DNA of 63,956 nt, the filler included, from Chrysochromulina tobinii (taxonomy: Eukaryota): assembly GCA_001275005.1 (NCBI GenBank). It is 7 parts of 7 records of this genome, joined end to end, with 100 filler letters (N's around TTAATTAATTAA, not from the genome) between each part and the next. Parts side by side here need not be neighbours in the genome. Positions count along the whole stretch, not along the records: positions 60,462 to 62,176 come from JWZX01000545.1; positions 62,277 to 63,956 come from JWZX01000565.1; 5 more parts are not named here. One strand, given 5' to 3'. The first letter of the stretch is position 1; each line of letters begins with the position of its first letter. The notes beneath the pieces were generated by a model that searched no databases, was not told where the DNA came from, and saw nothing but the letters and a program-made list of their open reading frames with translations. Both the position numbers and the translations under genes were made by a program. Shown here piece after piece: positions 60,462-63,956 of this stretch.

Positions 60462-62176
60462 GCAGCATGACGCCGAAGGCGATGCGCACCATCGAGATGG
60501 ACCGGCACCGCCGAGGCAGCGTAGCGAAGCGCGTCCCGACGAACGCCAAGCGCGACGTGACTACGCGCACGTTCGTTCCGGGCAAGGTGTTCGTGCTCGA
60601 CGCGGCGACCTACCCGGCGCACGGCGTGGTCAAGCAGATCCCGGATCGCCGCGGCGCGGCGCCACCCACGTGCATGCTGCACGCTTGGGACGACAGCCCC
60701 TCGGACTTCGGCTACGGCATGAACATGTCTAAGCACACCGTCGACGACTGGCTTGTCTTAATGACCATGGTCGTCGTCGAGGAGAAGGCGTTAGGGCACA
60801 CGGTCGACGAATTCAAGCTCGACCGGGGCCCCGAGCTCGACTGCGACGAGCTCAAGCGTCGCGTCGAGGCAACGCTCAAGGTCAAGGTGACCATCGGCCC
60901 CTCGGGCGAGCACGAGTCGGTGCACAAGGCGGAGGCGCACATGGACCCGTGCAACCGAGCGACGGAGGCCATGATCTCGAGGGCGAAGCGCAACCTCGGC
61001 GACAACGTCCGGCGCTTCATCGCCCTCGCCCGAAAGTACGCGGTGTGGCTCGCGGTGCGCCGCCCGGCCAAGATGGGCGAGCCGACGAGGATGCAGCGCC
61101 ATACGGGCAAGGTCCCGGACTTCGGGGACAAGAATGGGATGATCCCCTTCGTGTTCGGCACGAAATGCGTGAGGCTCAAGGACGAGCAGGAGCGCATCGG
61201 CTGGAAGGGCGCGGGCAATCGCGTCGCCGACGGCATTTTCGTGGGCATCGACCACACCTCGTACATGCTGTACAATCCGACGACCAACCGGATCACCCTG
61301 GAGCCGTACATCTGGCCTCTCGACGAGTTCGAGCTGGCCACGGACGGCACGGCCGCGGGCGCGCTGAGGCACGACGTCGCCATCCAGTGCGAGCTGAGCA
61401 CGGCGGCGCCCCTCGTCCTCCTGCCGAGCGCGATCAAGGCGCCCAAGGAAGCGCCGCCGCCGGTCAAACAGGCGGACGCGCCCGTCGGCACGCGCCTGAC
61501 GGTCTTCTGGCGAGGCAAGGGCACGACGGATCAGTGGTACGCGGGCACGGTCACCAAGATCCACACGACGGCCAACGGGGAGCTGCGGCACGATATCGTC
61601 TACGACGTCGACGGCGGCATGTACCCGCGCCACGACCTCGTCAACGTATGGCGATGGAAGCGCCTCGACGAGACCGCGACAGTCGCCCAGCCAGCGCACG
61701 CGCCAACGGCAGCGCAGCCGGCGACAGACGCGCCCAAGGCAAGCTCGCCGCAGCAGCCGGCGTCGTCCGCGACTCCGCCGCCCTCCGCCGACACCGACGG
61801 CTGGATCACGCCGAACAAGCGGCGCACGACGCGCGTCACCAAGCAGGTGGCACCGCCGCAGGAGCCGCCCCGCCGCTCGACTCGCGTGCCCGGGCTCGCC
61901 GCCCAGGAGATCAGCGTAGCCGAGGTCGTCATGTCCGCGCTCGAGCGCACAGAGGCGACGCCGGTGGCGGCGCAGGCGATCATCGACAACGTGATGGGCG
62001 ACACCGCGCCCGAGTCGCAGAAGGGCGACTCCGTCGTCGACAAGCTCGCCCGCGTCACGGACGTCGCCTTCGACTGGAAGGTCGACCTCGGGCTGCTCCT
62101 CGACTACGGCGACGAGGCGAACGTCGTTCAAGTCGAGTACACGACCGAGTCGGGCGCAAAGGCGATGCACGACGAG
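60462..62176 (+). mobile_element. Ty1/copia-type LTR retrotransposon pol fragment: integrase core, SH3-like region, Tudor-like domain; open at both ends
   Basis: Putative D (VLDAA), D (KLDRGPE), x36, E (HKAE); copia-type FVFGTKC...GIFVGID...SYMLYNP; linker PRRSTR. Confidence 0.8.
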
Positions 62177-62278
62177 NNNNNNNNNNNNNNNNNNNNNNNN
62201 NNNNNNNNNNNNNNNNNNNNTTAATTAATTAANNNNNNNNNNNNNNNNNNNNNNNNNNNNNNNNNNNNNNNNNNNNTC

Positions 62279-63956
62279 GATGACGGGCCCGATCAGACGC
62301 ACCCCGATTTTTCGGGCAAGTATGATGCGTTGGGGTCGTGCCCGACGCACACCACCGGCAGCCACGGTACCACGACGGCTGCGATCGCGCTCGCGGCCGG
62401 CAACGACCAGTGCTCTCGCGGCGTCGCGTATGGTGCGACGCTGTCCAAGTGCGGAATGAACGGCAACACCGACACGAATATCTTCATCGGCAACATAGCC
62501 CGAAACCACATCTCATCCAACTCGTGGGGGACCGACCCGTGCACAGCCCTCGCTAGCTCCGGGCGGCGCAAGCTCCGGCAGCGCCAGCTGCAGGGGTGCC
62601 CCTTCGCGGCCACGGCCGCCTCGGGCACCAGCCCGTGCAGCGCTTTCCAGTGCGCAGGGGCCAGCTGGACGTCGCCGCCGAGCACGTGCAACACGGTCAT
62701 CTCGACCTACTGCGAGAACGCCTACAACTATGACGCGGACGGCGAGTGCGCCTCGTGGACGCACCTCTGGGTGACATGCGTATACAGGCACCTGCCCTGG
62801 GCGACCAAACGGGTCCTGCAGCGTGGCGTCCTCGAGGGGCGGAGCGGGCGCGGCATCGTGTACGTCATGTCGGCAGGCAACGAGAACGACGATGGTGTGG
62901 ACGTCAACATGGTGAGGTACAAGCACTCGCGCTTCACGATCACCGTCGGCGCCACCGACAAGCTCGGCTTGCACTCGTATTACTCGACGACGGGCTCGTC
63001 GCTCTTCATCTCCGCGCCGGGCGGCGACGAAACTCAGCACAGCAACAACTGGCACGTCGCGGCAACTGGCGGCGGTTGTACCGAGCAGGGGATGGGAACT
63101 TCGTATGCGTGCCCCGTCGTCTCGGGCGTGGTCGCGCTCATGCTCCAAGCGAATCCGCTGCTCGGCTGGCGCGACGTGCACGGGATCCTCGCGGCGACAA
63201 CGAGCCGAAACGACCCCACTAGCTCCCTCTGGACCACGAACGCGGCCGGCTTCATCCACAACATCAAGTACGGCTTTGGCATGGTCGACGCCGGCGCGGC
63301 CGTGGCCGCCGCGCTGTCGTGGACCAACTGGGGGATCGAGCGGCGCATTATTGCGAGCTCGTCGCAGCAGCTCACCGTCCCGTACGATGGCTCGACGCTG
63401 TCGACCAGTGTCTCGGTCGGTGCGCAGAGCCAGGCGTGGGCGATCGAGTGGATCGAAATCTTCCTCAACCTCGACCACTCGTCGCGCGGCGACTTGCAGC
63501 TCGAGCTCACCTCGCCCTCGGGCACACACTCCGTCCTGATGCCCGGCCCGCGGCCTGAGACGTCCAACCCGCCGGTCGAGGGCTGCTCGGCCGCGGCCGA
63601 CACGTGCACGTGGCGTAATGATGGCCATTGCGACAACCCTCAATATTGCGAATGCGACTACAACGACTGCCTTGCGGCGAACTGGGTGGGCACGAATGGG
63701 CAGCCCTCGCTCTACCTGCCACGCTTCAATTGGAAGATGACGAGCGTGCGTAGCTGGGGCGAAAGCCCGGTGGGCACGTGGACGCTCGCGATCCGCGATC
63801 GGCGGCTCGCGAACGGTCCGAACGTCAACTCGATGCTCCGCAGCTGGAGCCTGCTCATCTACGGCCACCACGGCACCGCCACCCGCCTGAGCAGTCGCAA
63901 TACCAGCACGACCAACACGGGCACGCCCCCCCACCATCGCCGCCGCCGCCATCACC
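62279..63956 (+). CDS. Kexin/furin-like subtilase (S8B) with P domain, truncated at both ends
   Basis: My translation: DDGPDQTHPDF, SHGTTTA, SSNSWG, SAGNE, GTSYACPVVSGVVALMLQANPLLGWRDV, YGFG, HSSRGDLQLELTSPSGT, WGESPVGTWTL. Absent from the ORF track because no stop falls in the window. Confidence 0.93.

Noticed and set aside
6983..62276. Recurrent TTAATTAATTAA flanked by Ns as a biological repeat, and any cross-linker gene cluster (e.g. PKS + MFS + ABM as a biosynthetic cluster)
   Set aside because: These are artificial concatenation spacers; genes on different contigs are not known to be linked.

Overview
GC-rich eukaryotic DNA, not prokaryotic. Gene content and repeat style suggest a haptophyte alga (Prymnesiophyceae, Chrysochromulina/Prymnesium-like); this is an inference. 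The window is seven unrelated contigs joined by artificial 100-nt linkers (N44-TTAATTAATTAA-N44), so synteny only holds within 1-6982, 7083-14462, 14563-27512, 27613-35335, 35436-60361, 60462-62176 and 62277-63956. It contains about 23 protein-coding loci. These include a fragment of an AT-less modular PKS with an embedded flavin monooxygenase domain, a four-domain voltage-gated channel (D/E/D/D filter), an MFS transporter, an ARM + C2H2 zinc-finger minisatellite gene, an RWA/CASD1 O-acetyltransferase, CorA, a lectin/beta-helix receptor kinase, an SCP2-PX-ABC1-beta-lactamase fusion, a GPCR-PIP kinase, a WW-kinesin, a PDE, an LRR protein, a copia integrase with a Tudor-like domain and a kexin-like protease. 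The most striking signal is in the introns. All four introns that can be delimited are phase 0 and begin with a copy of the start of their downstream exon (direct repeats of 30, 27, 11 and 5 bp). Three of them are filled with a shared TCTGATG(A/G)CC-type minisatellite and two share a 29-nt 3' end. This suggests an ongoing duplication-plus-filler intron-gain process.
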